DNA of 61,043 bases, filler included, from Sphacelaria rigidula (Eukaryota): the NCBI GenBank assembly GCA_964200075.2. It is 8 parts of 8 records of this genome, joined end to end, with 100 filler letters (N's around TTAATTAATTAA, not from the genome) between each part and the next. Parts side by side here need not be neighbours in the genome. Positions count along the whole stretch, not along the records: positions 1 to 7,543 come from CAXNAA020014415.1; positions 7,644 to 15,186 come from CAXNAA020014416.1; 6 more parts are not named here. One strand, written 5' to 3'. This document shows, piece after piece, positions 1-12,413 of the stretch. The first letter of the stretch is position 1, and each line of letters opens with the position of its first letter. A model generated the notes under the pieces. The model searched no databases. It saw nothing but the letters and a program-made list of their open reading frames with translations, and was not told the origin of the DNA. A program made the translations under genes and the position numbers.

Positions 1-311
1 CCAAAAACATAAGGGTCTACCCTTTTTTGTATATTGCCCTTCATTTTTTCTCCGACGCTTTATTTTTCGAGAAGTCCGAAAAATTCGAACTGCAACGCAG
101 CACTTCTGGGAGCTGGCCTGTGTGTACGCGGTAACGCTCGCAAGCGTTCAAAAATAATCAGGTGCCTCTCCAGTCCCGACAATTTTGAAGATATCCGAAA
201 AAAGAGCGCCGGTAATAATGGGCTTAAATCGTTTTTTGCATGAAATAGAGGGCACGTGACATGTCGAATCTCTGAAGTAATTCGTGCACCCCGATACCGT
301 TGCACCACTCT

Positions 312-610
312 AAACAATGTTCTCGTGAGATTGAGAGTAGAGCGCTGATTGAGAGTGTGTTTGATCATTTGCTTCCACTAGACCAGTTTCTGTTTGTGCT
401 TTTCTTTGCCTGTAACACTGGCGTGTGCTCACAGCTACACGTCGATATCCTGCTCACGGATATCAATGGTCTCAGTGGCAAAAAACTTCAGAAAGCGTAT
501 CGGGCCTCGTGGAGGGGCATTTCGGAACTGAAAGTACCCATTGAAAAAATTGACCGCTTTTCACGCTCAATCGTATCCTCTACACTCTCAATACCACGAA
601 AACGTTGTTT
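312..610. mobile_element. ~300-bp MITE-like element, family B (copy 1)
   Basis: Imperfect ~28-bp terminal inverted repeats (AAACAATGTTCTCGTGAGATTGAGAGT / ACTCTCAATACCACGAAAACGTTGTTT). A collinear second copy lies at 20707-21008. No clear TSD. Confidence 0.75.
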
Positions 611-990
611 TTTCTAGTCTTGGGGATATCTTCTCCCGCCCTCAATAGATATGCAACAATCAACGTTGCCCGCCAGCAGGAAAGACGTTACAAACATAAG
701 CATGTCGTTGTCGCTGAGATGGCGCGTGAAGCGTGCTTGCGGGATCGCCGCGCCACGCATGACGCAGTCACGTTTTGCCGACTCGATGTATCGTCCGCGG
801 AATCGTAAGCTGTTGGAATCAAAAGGGTGGTACCGCTAGAATGGCGCCGGTGTTTGCTTTGAAGAATAGGTGGTCACATCGACGGTCTCGTGTGGTGCAG
901 GCGGAATTTCGATGAGAAGCATGGCGAGGAGAGAAGGAGGGAAAACATCATCCGATGTTGTCTCTCGAGCGTTTAGCACATTCTATACAG

Positions 991-1429
991 TATTCGGTCA
1001 TCAAAATTGAGGGCGAAGCTTCTCATTGAGGATGATAACCTGTAAAGCTAAAATCTTCGTATCCACATCAATCCTTCGAAATATTGTTGCATCCCTTCAC
1101 CTACCGGTATCTATCGATGAATACTGCACGTCATACAGTTCTGGATCCAATGACCGAAATGTCGGGGTCCTGGGTGGAAAAAAAATGTGGGCAAGGTAGT
1201 AGGTGACCCGTTTCGAAATCCTACATTCCCCAACGTCGCTTCTTCACGTAGGGCCCCAATTTTCGGTTATCCGAATCCGAATTCGTTCGGCGTGTAGTAG
1301 CTGTCAATGGCTGGCAGTAGGTGAACGAATGCAACAATCTTTTGAAGATTTGGTGTGGGTAAGAAAATTTGAACTTTGCAGGTATCATCCTCATCGATAA
1401 GCTTCATTCTCAATTTTGATGACCGAGTG
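991..1429. mobile_element. ~440-bp foldback/MITE element, family C (copy 1)
   Basis: Long imperfect inverted arms (TCGGTCATCAAAATTGAG...GAGGATGATA / TATCATCCTC...CTCAATTTTGATGACCGA). Homologous copies at 15454-15892 and 7474-7543. Confidence 0.8.
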
Positions 1430-1995
1430 ATCTCGGTGTTACCAACGATGCCTGGCAGTTCGCTCGCTTTGCAGAACCCGATGGACACCGCCCAACGACT
1501 GGGGCGAGGTCGTAAGACCATGGCTTACTATTGATTTGCGGTTTCTGACTCATTTGCTTAATATTAATGTTTGTCTTCACGTACAACCGGCGATTCGCCC
1601 AAGGGCGTCACCGGACTACTCGCCGTTTAATGTGCACCCAAGGGCGCATTACACCAAGCACAACACACTTTCCCTATTGACGCAAGGCACACGCCATGAG
1701 TACCTACTGGAGGAGACAGCCACCAGGGTGACATATATGCCGGTGCAACTTATCTGCACGATACATGTCTTCAATTTTCTCTACAGGTTCAATCAAAACG
1801 CGAATTATTCGTAATCGTCTTTGCCCGCTTCCGATGCCGAATCCTTTATCTCCGACCTGCTGCACTCGGAATCTGAATCTCCAATCCACATCCCCTCTGA
1901 ATACTTTGACTTGCCCTCTGTGGGTTCATCTCACGCAGTCCCCTCAACCCCACTTATCTTCTTAACATTGGCGTGGACTGTATCGTCCGCCGCCC

Positions 1996-2251
1996 GAGCG
2001 ACGTTACGGTAGGGGTGCACAAATGTTTTCTGAGGTTATAATCGATAGGAGGGCTTTATGTCATCCCAAACACGACTTGTTAAATATGTGAGAGTACGCC
2101 AGGATCACTATTCCAATGTGTGAGTGATATTCCCAATGAATTTGCAAAGGGGGATACTCTGATCCGTATTCTTATAGATCTAAAATCGTTAAGAGCCCCT
2201 GAACCAGACAAGATTTCGCGCAAGAAGTGCACCCCTACCGTGGCATTGCCC
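1996..2251. mobile_element. MITE family A (GAG...CTC termini, Sola2-like), diverged copy
   Basis: ~25-bp TIR GAGCGACGTTACGGTAGGGGTGCAC / GTGCACCCCTACCGTGGCATTGCCC. Interior is the reverse complement of 31013-31276 and 36702-36958. TSD is not clean. Confidence 0.8.
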
Positions 2252-2495
2252 ATCACCGCATCGAAAATTCCCACCGCTTGCCCCCTGGTGCGCTTGTCGA
2301 GAACAGCTCAGGCATTTGCTGCGGTTCCGGCTTCTGTCAGCCACGAATAAACATCCTCCAGCCTCACAACAAGCCCGCCTCGAGACCCGCAGTTACCTTA
2401 TGGCGTGCTTCTGCAACGAACTCCGGCTCGGCAGGGGTAGGGTGGGGGGGTTACAACAACAGTCGCGGGGGTGAAGTAAGACGGACGGACCGACT

Positions 2496-2972
2496 TTACC
2501 TTCCGTCTATCAATCCTAACCCTGTGTCGCTCAAGAGAGCGCAACAATCATGCCGGCTGCATAAGCAGTCTGAACTCGGTTGGTAGTTCTGCACAAGCGC
2601 AGCCGGGCGCACGTCACCGCCATCCGCACACGATCCCAGAAATAGTCGAACCTCTAGTAATCGTGCCGCGTCTAGATGACACCAGATATCGCCTTCGCCG
2701 GGATCTGGTCGATGGCACGCGAAGCACAGCCGCGATACCGGATCGTGTATCCGACCGCAAGAGGAGCAATTCTTGTATGCGCCGTCGACGAGGGGGACCT
2801 GGACCGCATCCCTGCGTAGGTCTTCCACTCCCCCTTGTACCACTAGCCGCGTTAGACTCTGCCGGCGCGGAATGCTCACTCCTGCAGCTAGCGCTATTCC
2901 TGGGGGGACCATGAGAACTACTGCGACGCGGCGGCTTCCTTTCTCTTGCATCGCGCGCGCGATGTTCACCAC
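2496..2972 (-). CDS. Possible ORF fragment with a RanBP2-like C4 zinc finger
   Basis: Translation contains YKNCSSCGRIHDPVSRLCFACHRP (C-x2-C-x10-C-x2-C). There is no other support for it being coding. Confidence 0.3.
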   Translation of the reverse strand: MVNIARAMQEKGSRRVAVVLMVPPGIALAAGVSIPRRQSLTRLVVQGGVEDLRRDAVQVPLVDGAYKNCSSCGRIHDPVSRLCFACHRPDPGEGDIWCHLDAARLLEVRLFLGSCADGGDVRPAALVQNYQPSSDCLCSRHDCCALLSDTGLGLIDGR

Positions 2973-4953
2973 GATCGGCGTCGGGTTGCGGTGACCGCCG
3001 CTCGGGATGGCTCATCACCTCGCTGGCAGCCCGTTCATTCGCGCCGGCGCTACCTGCTGTTGTCCCGAACTCGCCGAGAATAAGGTGTCGACACCTTCAA
3101 CAGTCCCTGGATCGACCCCAGGGGTGGCAGCATGTATAGCCCTCTTAATTTTCCGCTTCGATTTTGACGCCGACGCGCCCGAAGATGTTGGTTTCGAGGG
3201 GCACGGTGAGCCTGGTCGCTTGTTACGTTGTCCCGATGGCGTGGGAAATCATCTCGGTGACCCTCGATCAGGACCTCGTCCTGCGTTGTCGAGGACTGCG
3301 GATGTGGGTGTTTCCCCGGGAGAGTGCCGAACCACCAACTAATCTTCCTTCACCCTGTTTCTCTGTTGCAATGCATGCCTCTGTTGTTCATCGTATGCTC
3401 CCCATGCGCTATCAACCTCCGGGTAATTGGTGGCGGCCTCTTTCTTCTCGATGTACGTTCGTGAGTATGTGGGGGTGTGCCTCTGCCAGACTTGGGTGGA
3501 GTACGTCTTTTCTTCGCCTTGAGAGATGGAGTTGAATTCTGCACCTCCACGAGCCTACCGCCGGCAGTTCCGCTGCTTTCACGGGGTGATGTTACCCACG
3601 TCGTTGAGAAGTACTACCACGAATTCCGCGGCGATACCTCCCGTGTTTTGTTTTCCGACGCCGAAGTAATCGAGATTTCATATGTCGCGCCTTCCCCGCC
3701 CGATCGACGTTCAAGCTTGTTACGCTCTGCGCTCCGACGGTTATTGCATCCCTCCGCCGACCCCTGGTTTTCTGCAGATGCGCCATCAGCGCACGCGATG
3801 GACGCTTCCGAGGCTCAGAAGAGGGCTATCGCCATCTCTTTTCCGTATGATGGGAAGCTCAGCCACTTTCACGCTGCATCGTGCGTGAGCGTGACCCCCG
3901 GCGATCTCCCTCAACTTTTCCATCGGCGCTGTACGTTCGGAGTGCGACAGTGGACATCTGCTTCCAACCGCGGATGTGGCATGTGTCGGACGGGATGGCG
4001 GCGGGAATGGTGCTGACACTTCACTACCTACCCGGAGGATACGACACAACGATAGATGGGCACAACGTGTCAACCCTGTAGTCTTTTGGTTTTGCGAGCG
4101 TAGGAGTCGCGGGTCCATGTGACAGGACGTCATTCCCAAATGTATGCATACTCAATTCCGTTCAAAACCCGCCACTATCAGCGGGAAGGCGGGGAAGGTA
4201 GTCAGGTGCGGGCGATCTTGGGTACTGATACTTCGCGCGGTATCACAGCATCAAGAGTGTTGTGGTGCTCTTACCTCGAGATCGATTGCGGTGCCGTATC
4301 TCACGTTCGGACTGCCCCGGCCGGCGTCTTAGACAATCGATTGCCTCTTGCGCGAGGAACTCTTGACAGAGGTTAAAGTGTACTACAGTATCTTCTATTC
4401 ATCTCTTATACTCCTCACTCACAAAACACACACACTCCCCCATACGCACGCTCCTCCAGGGCTCAAATATGCACCCAAAATACTGCCCAAAGTGAACTAA
4501 AGCGGTGGGGTGCATCACTCCCATACGCGGTACAAATGTCATGATACAATCCCCTGCTCCTGATTGGCCCCCCATCCTGTAGCGGATCATATCTATCCGC
4601 ATCCAATATCTACCAGGTTGCACCTACACCAGTACACGTACACATGCACAAGCATGCAGCCCGGACATATTCTAATAGCCCCCCTTGTCGGAGCAGATCC
4701 TTACCGATTATCATCACACGGAAAAATTTACAGCTCCTTACTCAGGCCAAAGTCAAATGATGATCATAACACAATCATTGTAAAACTAGAAGGACTCAGC
4801 AATGTCAAAGGCCGAACTTGTCAAGAAAGTGGTACTCCCTACATTTTACGCACGCCTAACCTTTTATGACGTTCCCACTCGCGGGAATACATGCCACAAG
4901 TCGGACGAGTCATTACTCGTCGAAACGAGTGCGCTCGTTGATGCATTTTAAAA

Positions 4954-5186
4954 CACAACGAGCATGACTCGAGTACTTGCCCTATTGATTTTTTCACAAC
5001 GAGCAAAGACTTGAGTACTCGCCCTATTGATTTTTCCACAACGAGCAATAACTCGAGGCCCTATTGATTTTTCCACAACGAGCAGTGACTCGAGTACTCA
5101 CCCTACTGATTTTTCCACAACGGGCTATGATTCGAGTACTCGCCCTATTGTTTTTTCCACAACGAGCAATGACTCGAGTGCTCGAG
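4954..5186. repeat. Minisatellite, ~42-bp unit x ~5.5, inside an imperfect inverted-repeat frame (~4881-5262)
   Basis: Tandem unit CACAACGAGCAATGACTCGAGTACTCGCCCTATTGATTTTTC. Flanks read GGAATACATGCCACAAGTCGGACGAG and CTCGTCCGACGTATGATATATTCC. Confidence 0.85.
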
Positions 5187-5522
5187 GACCTTCAAAAACG
5201 GCCAACGAGCGCGAGCGCCACGATTATTCTCGCGCTCGTCCGACGTATGATATATTCCACGTAATCTCAAGCCATGTTTCTTTTATAATCCAATAAAACG
5301 GCGTACTCCGAAACTCATGAGCAATTGATTGGATTAACGAAAATAGCCCGCTGTGTGCTATGATCCATGAAAGGGTGCATGTCATCAAGTCGACCGACCC
5401 CCTGACCTTTTTCGTGACCATAGTATTTGGTTGGAAACACTTGCATCCACGCCGAAAACTGAAGTCAGACGAAGAGATAATTCAAACTACGTTAGCATCT
5501 GGGTGATATTAGAAACCGAGGT

Positions 5523-5799
5523 GAGCAATGCCACGGTAGGGGTTGCACACTTTTTGTTTCTGGGTCTTGTTTTTGTAGGAGCCCAAATATATGGGGCTCA
5601 CTGTGCAACCCAAATATCCGGGGACCGGACCCCCAGAAACATGGTGTTTGCACGCAGGGGCCTTTTCGTGAATCGGCATCATTTTCAGTCTTTTTCAAGT
5701 AAAAATGATGCCGATTCTCAAAATGACCCATGCGAAACCCCGAGCATCCCCGAGAAACGTTTTCGCCAAAAAAATGCAACCCCTACCGTAGCATTGCTC
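5523..5799. mobile_element. MITE family A TIRs with a different interior (Sola2-like), 4-bp TSD AGGT
   Basis: TIR GAGCAATGCCACGGTAGGGGTTGCA / TGCAACCCCTACCGTAGCATTGCTC, flanked on both sides by AGGT (5519-5522, 5800-5803). Confidence 0.85.
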
Positions 5800-6174
5800 A
5801 GGTTAATACGATCAAACTCGAACTGAACAACGGTGGCACATGCGTGGAAAACTCACACGACGATGCAGTCCAAATAATTCAAAAGGGTCGGACCGAGATC
5901 CCTCCGTAATATCGAAGTCACAAACCTGAATCTTCGAGCGTTTTGACCCGCGCCAGCTACCTCCAAGCAAAATGATCCCGAACAAATCCTGAAATGCCTA
6001 GTGAAGCACGCCAATCATGAACTATTGCAAGTATGACATATCTTATCAAATAAATCACGGCAGCCAGCACAAGTCGCATAAATGCGTCATCACTTAAAAC
6101 TGATCGCGAAAATGGTCACATTCGAAGCATACTATTTTCAAAATCTATCTCCGGCGTCTGCATCTCTCCTCTGG

Positions 6175-7095
6175 TCAAGAGCGTCGACTCCGTATCCGTG
6201 CCCCATTCCAATCCATCTGCATCCCCGTATTCCCATGCCATTCTAGTGCCCCTCTGCTCCCTTGGCTGCCGGTAGTTGACCGCATGGGGATACCTACACG
6301 CCCCCCTGCTTCATTCGACCGGCGCCGACGATGGCACGCGTAAAAACGTGTGACCAATAGAATCGGTGGCAGCGACAGCGGCAGTGGCGGCTGTGCTGTT
6401 TGCGGTGTTGCTGGCAGAGTCGGTATGCGTCCCCGCCCCCCTGCTCTATTCGCCCGGTACCAATGATGCCACACGTGAGACGGTGTTGCCGACAGAGTCG
6501 GCGGTAGCGGCAGCGATAGCGGCAGCGGTAGCGGCTGCGGCTGCGGCTGCGGTATCCACAAGATCGACGGCAATGGTAGTGGCTGCAATGTAGCCGGCGA
6601 CGGTACCGATGAAGTCGCCGGCGCAGCGGCGGGTGGAAATGATGGTGGCGGCGGCGTAGCGGCACCGGCGGGTGGAAATGACGGTGGCGGCGGCGGCGCA
6701 GCAGGATTATTTGAGTGTTGCGGCGTAGCGGTGGGTGGAAATGATGGTGGCGGCGGCGCAGCAGCAGGGTGGTGTTTGGCAGCGGGTGGAAATGATGGTG
6801 GGGGCGGCGTAGCGGCACCGGTGGGTGGATATGACGGTGGCGGTGGCGACGGTGCGACAGTAGAAATATGTGGGTGCATCGCATGACGTGTTGGCGACGG
6901 GAGTGTCGGTAGCGGCTCGGATTTTACCGCGTGAATCAGCGCCTGCGGGCATGCCGGCGGGTCGACGACGGTACTATAACAGCTTCGTTTCCCCCCCTCC
7001 CAGCGAGCGGTATTAGCGGTGGTTGCAGAAGCTGCATACGCGAGACAGGTCCCACAAAAGGTACACCGCTTGCCGAGGAAGCGGGTTGGATACAA
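6175..7095 (-). repeat. GC-rich low-complexity region; minus frame reads as tandem PPPPSFPP repeats
   Basis: About five copies of GGTGGAAATGATGGTGGCGGCGGCG at ~6630-6850, plus GCGGCT/GCGGCA runs. No recognisable domain. Confidence 0.55.
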
Positions 7096-7473
7096 ACACC
7101 TGGATCAGGTATAACGCTTGTAGCGGAAGCGGGCTGGAGACAGGCACCGAGGGGGGAAGACACGACGCCTTCGGCGGAGATATGGCGTAAGTCAACACTG
7201 GGCGGACAGTACGAAATATCTTTTTCTGGCGCTGAGACTGTGTCGACACTCGAGGGCTCCATACAAAATCAACTTCGTTCGTAGGTGAATGAGACGCTAC
7301 AGTAGCCGTGGACGCATCATGGGCCGGTGAAGACTCCACAGTCGAATGTGGATCAACTCCGCTACTGGGGGAGATAATATCAATCTCGCTCGTGGAGGAA
7401 CGAGACTCTTCGGGAGTAGGGGGAAAATCACTTCCGCTACTGAGGGAGGGGTCCTCCACACTAGAAATACAAA

Positions 7474-7543
7474 CAGCCAATCATCTATGTTGAGGATGGT
7501 GCTTTTGATTGAGGATGAGAACCCGGAGGATTAAAATCTTCGT
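7474..7543. mobile_element. Family C element, left end truncated by contig end
   Basis: CAGCCAATCATC...GAGGATGAGAACCCGGAGGATTAAAATCTTCG matches 15454-15522. Confidence 0.75.
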
Positions 7544-7643
7544 NNNNNNNNNNNNNNNNNNNNNNNNNNNNNNNNNNNNNNNNNNNNTTAATTAATTAAN
7601 NNNNNNNNNNNNNNNNNNNNNNNNNNNNNNNNNNNNNNNNNNN
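7544..7643. other. Artificial contig linker
   Basis: N-run / TTAATTAATTAA (stops in all six frames) / N-run, 100 bp. Confidence 0.99.
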
Positions 7644-7698
7644 CTCTACTGCTCGTCGACGTGTGGCGCTGGGGGTGTCTTCCTTGCCTTCGGCTGCC
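7644..7698 (-). CDS. Tentative downstream exon of the ZCCHC10-like gene (runs off contig)
   Basis: Poly-C tract then ACAAACAG acceptor. Phase-compatible with the donor at 8066; reads AAEGKEDTPSATRRRAVE. Confidence 0.35.
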
Positions 7699-8066
7699 CT
7701 GTTTGTCGTGGGGGGGGGGGGGGGGGGGGGGGACTGCGCATTCTTGTTCTGACACCTGGAAACAACCTCTGTTGGCACTTTTTCCATTTGTTTCAACCGG
7801 CATCAATCCACCAATGCCGCGGACATACAACCGGTTGGCGAATGCATGCCGAAGTCGTGCGCTTGCTTGACGCCCCCCTTCGCACAAGAGAAAAATCGTG
7901 CGTGAGGCTGCGCCTGCCACCGCCACAGAGTGGTACACACAAAATACAGAGGCGCTACAGTACCCAATGGGCTGAATGACTTCTAGCAGCACCCAACTCA
8001 TGGTCTCAACGGCGACCAAACTACTTTCTGCCGTTCTCTTGTTGATGTGGCAGCGACCGAACGCAC

Positions 8067-8463
8067 CTGCTACTGCCACTGCTGCTGCCGCTGCTGCTTC
8101 CAGTATCGCTGTCACTGCCACTGTCACTGTCGCTCTCGCTCCCACTGCTGCTGCTGCCGCTGCTGCTACCGCTGCTGCTACCGCTGCTGCTGTTACTGCT
8201 GTCACTGTCACTGTCGCTCTCGCTGCCACTGCTGCTGCTGCTGCTGCTTGACTCGCCCCTCCGCCGTTTCTTACCCGCTAGCTTAGATGAAGTATCGTTC
8301 TTCAGTTTCTTCTGCTTCTTCTTAAGCTCGGCATCCCTTTCCGCTTCCTCTGGGGGTAAGTCGAGGTGAAACTTGGGTTTGAGCGTGGGGTTCTCGAGGA
8401 TTTTGGTCCGAGACACGCGGGCCTTGTATGTTGCTTTCCCCTTGCACTCGTACGTCCAATGAC
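8067..8463 (-). CDS. ZCCHC10: ZCCHC10-like zinc-knuckle protein, exon with knuckle C-half, Lys-rich and Ser-rich tail
   Basis: TTTTTTCAG acceptor, then (G)HWTYECKGKATYKARVSRTKIL...KKRRR followed by poly-Ser/Asp. Putative donor AG|GTGCGT at 8066. Architecture matches the zf-CCHC_3/ZCCHC10 family. Confidence 0.85.
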
Positions 8464-8947
8464 CTGAAAAAAATATGAAATAAAAATTTCGTAAGACGAA
8501 AGGGAACAAGAGTAGAGGTAGAGGACAAAATACGTGACATGTCCGGTGGGTAGATACACCAGTTTCGGGCGATTTTTTTAGGGGAATATTTTGCAATAAG
8601 GACGTCCGACCACTGACGTACAGCTTACACGGACGACTGCTTGGCATGTGCGATAGACGCCCTGGCTGAGTCCGAGACGTCTAACGAGGACACGCGGCAT
8701 TGGAACTATCTGGTAAAACACGGGCGTGTATGTGTAGTACTAGACGGGCGGTACACGTATGTGGCACCGAAAAAGGGAATGCTTACGGATGAGACAGAGG
8801 AGCGGGTACTCCGGCGAACTGACCGAAGAACCTAACAGCAAGGGGTGTGTTTACCGTCCAGAACGCGGTGCATACTGATTGCAGATTTAATGCACAGAAC
8901 GGTGTCGGCAACTCACTCCGCGGTTTTTCTATATATCGTCTTCTCAC

Positions 8948-9011
8948 CTACTTGCAGGCACTTCTGGCATGTCATGGTCTTGGCCTGGTCTTGCCTCTTG
9001 CGGTAAATTCC
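8948..9011 (-). CDS. ZCCHC10: ZCCHC10-like gene, exon with knuckle N-half
   Basis: Pyrimidine tract plus GGCAG acceptor; reads GIYRKRQDQAKTMTCQKCLQV-G; GTGAGA donor. Splicing to 8463 restores CQKCLQVGHWTYEC. Confidence 0.88.
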
Positions 9012-10372
9012 CTGCCGACAGCGTGCGAAAGAGACCGATAGAGAAGGGTGGTGGATGAGCTAGGAAAATGGATTTGTGGAGTAGAAACGTGGAGGCTTCA
9101 GACGCCAACATGTTTATCGACACCATCCTCTATTGATCCATGAGGGCCAGACACACCTTGCCACCCGTGAATGCCCAAAGGGTTAGGGCGTGTAACGACA
9201 CGTAGACAAGAGTTCGAGACCTTACACCATCGTACCGGCCGACCTTCAGGCTATCGTAAGGAAGAGAGTATGGTAGGTGCAACCACATGTGTAACATGGC
9301 ACTTCCGGGTCCTTGGCCCAACTAAAAGAGTAAACGGGAACTGAGTATGTAGCAGCCGAACCGCCTGCTGTTTGAAACATACAATTTCGCCGCCTTGCAG
9401 CAGATGAGCGGCTACAATTAATTGGGGTGGGGCTTTCGTCTCGGCCTGGAAGCAGGAGAGAAATTTCACATCAACACCACAACACTCAATGAGAGCGCCA
9501 CTGAGACCTAACCACTTAGTGCCAAAACAATAAGATACGCATTTAATTGTTCAAGGACGGAGCTTGGTGTTTCAGTGGCAGACCTTGATTGAACATTCGA
9601 TTGTTGTTTTCGCCGAGCGCTGTCAACTAAAGGCGACAAACAAGGGTACACGGGCCCAAGAATATCTGACTGCCCGTGGCATGTTGGAAATTTCAAAGCA
9701 TGTTCCACCAGTAACACTGCGCCGAACTGCCACCTACAACGCTGTTCGAGCACGGTACGGTACAATATTCAAGTATTTATCCTCCTTGTACATCGACGAC
9801 GTAGGTGCTAGACCTCTTTTCGGAACAATATCGTCGTCTGTTCTTCAATGTAACTAACTCCGGAACCGTAACTGAGCAGCTCCTCTCTGTTTCCGAGCAC
9901 CACCGCCAGTGACGAGACCCACGTATATAACGTGGTCCCAACACAGAACTTTATATCATAGTACATATAATTCAAATCAGTCGTTCCCCAGATTTATGAG
10001 TATCCATCCAGGGCTTCATTCGAGTGGGTTTGGCGCTAGAGCTGTCAGTCAGCCAGGCACCATCCGAAGTGAAACCTAAACAGGACAATAAAGTGCCTGT
10101 AAAACAAGCAATTTGTTAACATTTCATAGTCAGGGACTGGGGATCGCAAGATACGGGATATATCATCACTAGGAGTGACGTTCACACAAGGAGGGAGCTA
10201 ATAAGCTATGAGATTTGGGGTGGCTTGATCAAAGGTCAGTCGGTAATAATGTTCCGAAAGGCGATCTCGCGCCCAAGACGAATAAAGCAGAATAGGTTTG
10301 TTTTGTCTGCCTGTACTGTGCGCCTGACCCGTGCTCTGATTCACCTGGATAGCATCACTGCTGGAAGCGTAC

Positions 10373-10431
10373 ATCTGCTCACGCTGCTGCTTACGCTGCG
10401 CCCATCGGCTCACTGGTGCCGCGTCGCCCAT
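10373..10431 (-). CDS. Candidate first exon of the ZCCHC10-like gene
   Basis: ATG-initiated MGDAAPVSRWAQRKQQREQ with several GT donors. Only CCA|GTGAGC is in phase with the 9011 exon, so the boundary is unresolved. Confidence 0.4.
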
Positions 10432-10828
10432 AGCTGATGTTGGTGTAATCTATCTATCAGGCTGGCTGACAACCTCTGGGGTGTACAATATCGTCGGCCT
10501 TGGGAGGAAGCAGGTGCACAAGGCCGCTTTCTAGTCAATGAAATGATGTATGCCGCGCAAAAGAACACGATAACTTGGTCTTCTTCACACTGGTGATTCA
10601 GGGGCCGTGACCAAGCTCGCCCGCGCACGATACCGGCAGTGTACTACTTTACACTTGACTGTGCCACAAGCCGGGGGGCTGGGGAAATACGGGTAGAGAT
10701 CATAATTGGAAAATGACACATTATCTCATGACCTATCGTCATTTGCGGAACATCGCTGTGAAGCATCACGTATCCGTCGTCAGTGGAGTATCTTCGTTGG
10801 CATGCCGGACTCAAGAGGAACAGCGACT

Positions 10829-11059
10829 ATGACGACCCGCTCAAGACAGGTCGTGCAATATTTCTTGATTTTCTTGTCGTTCGCAACATCGTCCTCTCTA
10901 GCATTCCTTGTGCAGCATCATCAAGGACGGCATCTTCGTCACGACTGCCGAGGAACACACATCAACTCCGTCCGCTCCACAGGTGTGACTTCAGCCCCGG
11001 CTTTCGCCTTCAAGCGACGGTCTGTGCAGCTAGCTACCGCTGCGTTAGTGCAGTTGTAA
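10829..11059 (+). CDS. Possible first exon of a divergent gene with a bipartite plastid-targeting-like N-terminus
   Basis: MTTRSRQVVQYFLIFLSFATSSSLA-FLV: hydrophobic stretch, SLA|F (ASAF-like) motif, then an Arg/Ser-rich segment. Confidence 0.3.
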   Translation: MTTRSRQVVQYFLIFLSFATSSSLAFLVQHHQGRHLRHDCRGTHINSVRSTGVTSAPAFAFKRRSVQLATAALVQL

Positions 11060-11729
11060 CCTGTAAATCACTTATGTACGTAGCCTACTGTACTGTTCCT
11101 GCACGCGATTGCTGTACAACACCCTATATCTCATCGCGGTCATTACGCTATGTGAGCTGCAAAGACGTATTTGATGTCTATGAATCATGAACATGCTTCC
11201 TCGATGGGCAACAGCAGCTCAAGGGGAGGCAGCGTTGGGGCGGTGCACGATGATTCTGGCGAGATCAAGAAGGACGGGAGGACGTCGACACAGCTGTCTG
11301 ACGGTGCTTCAAGCTGGAGGCCGCACGGGGGAAGGAAAAAAAAAACGGTTAGTCGGCGTTCTGTTGACATTCTTTTGTGTGTCCCGATCTCTTGCGCTGG
11401 CATCAGACCGTATAAGTTGTACACCGTGGACAATATATGCTCAACATATGCAATAGACGAGAAGTGTACTGCATCAAGTACAGGCCTATTGCAACTATTG
11501 CCGGCCGACAGAAGTCGCAATAGCCCTATACTTGATGCAGTACGTTTCTTGTCTAATGCAACTTTTGACGATATATTGTCCAAGGTGTGATAGTTGTCAG
11601 CGAGAGTATTTCAACCTTGCAGGGTCGAAACGGCACAGCACGCAAGCACCGTGCAGTTTAGTAGCAACACCATTGATTTTCCTCTATTATTAAACGTCTT
11701 CAAGTCATGAAAAAGATGCAAGAAAAACT

Positions 11730-12256
11730 CAGGGTGGGGCAAAATATACTCCGTCCATTCCGTATTATAAGCTGGATGAGAACTAAATGCGGTCTACGGC
11801 CGTTTCTTCCGGTTCGTATTTTGTTCGGCTCGTATTTTCCACTCTTAGGACATTTGACAGAGCCTTTGACCCCCAAACAGGGAAAATCGCCACCACATGT
11901 CTTGGACACTTTATATCACCTACAGCACCTATTTGTGCAATGTATGTTTTCCTCGTATTTTTGTCCATAGGCCGCTCTCGAAATCTCTGATCCAAGCGAA
12001 TCGAAAAACAGGGCTAGGCTCCTCTCGGTGGGGTGATACAAAGTGTCCAAGACGTGTGGTGGCAGTTTTCCATGTTTTAGTGTCAAAAACCTTGTCAAAT
12101 GTCCTAAAATTGGAAAATACGAACCGGAAGAAACGACCCAAGTCCGGTCTGTGTTACCCTTTTTTCGAACATTTTTTCTTTGGTTTCGTCTCTTGCACGT
12201 GGTTCGGCCGGAACCATTTTCTTTCATTTCCCTTCAAAAAAGGTTGTCCCACCCCA
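11730..12256. mobile_element. Foldback element with ~120-bp internal inverted repeat
   Basis: ~11799-11920 is the reverse complement of ~12031-12138. Outer termini CAGGGTGGGGCAA / TTGTCCCACCCCA. Confidence 0.7.
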
Positions 12257-12413
12257 GCAGAAGTAGCTCGAAATCACCACCCTTACGTTGCACCTCCGGT
12301 CAAAAGCCTTCCCATCGTATGGTGAGACATGCTAGGTGTTGGAAGTGCCTCCCAAGTGAAAAAAACGCAAGAACTCCAACGATCTGCGGCTGCCTGGTAC
12401 GCACCTAACTTAA

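Noticed and set aside
4954-5186. CRISPR-like periodic repeat
   Set aside because: Units are directly tandem with no unique spacers, there are no cas genes, and the context is eukaryotic.
7588-8286. Ala/Val/Thr-rich and Cys-rich ORFs
   Set aside because: Shadow frames of the poly-Ser exon of the ZCCHC10-like gene.
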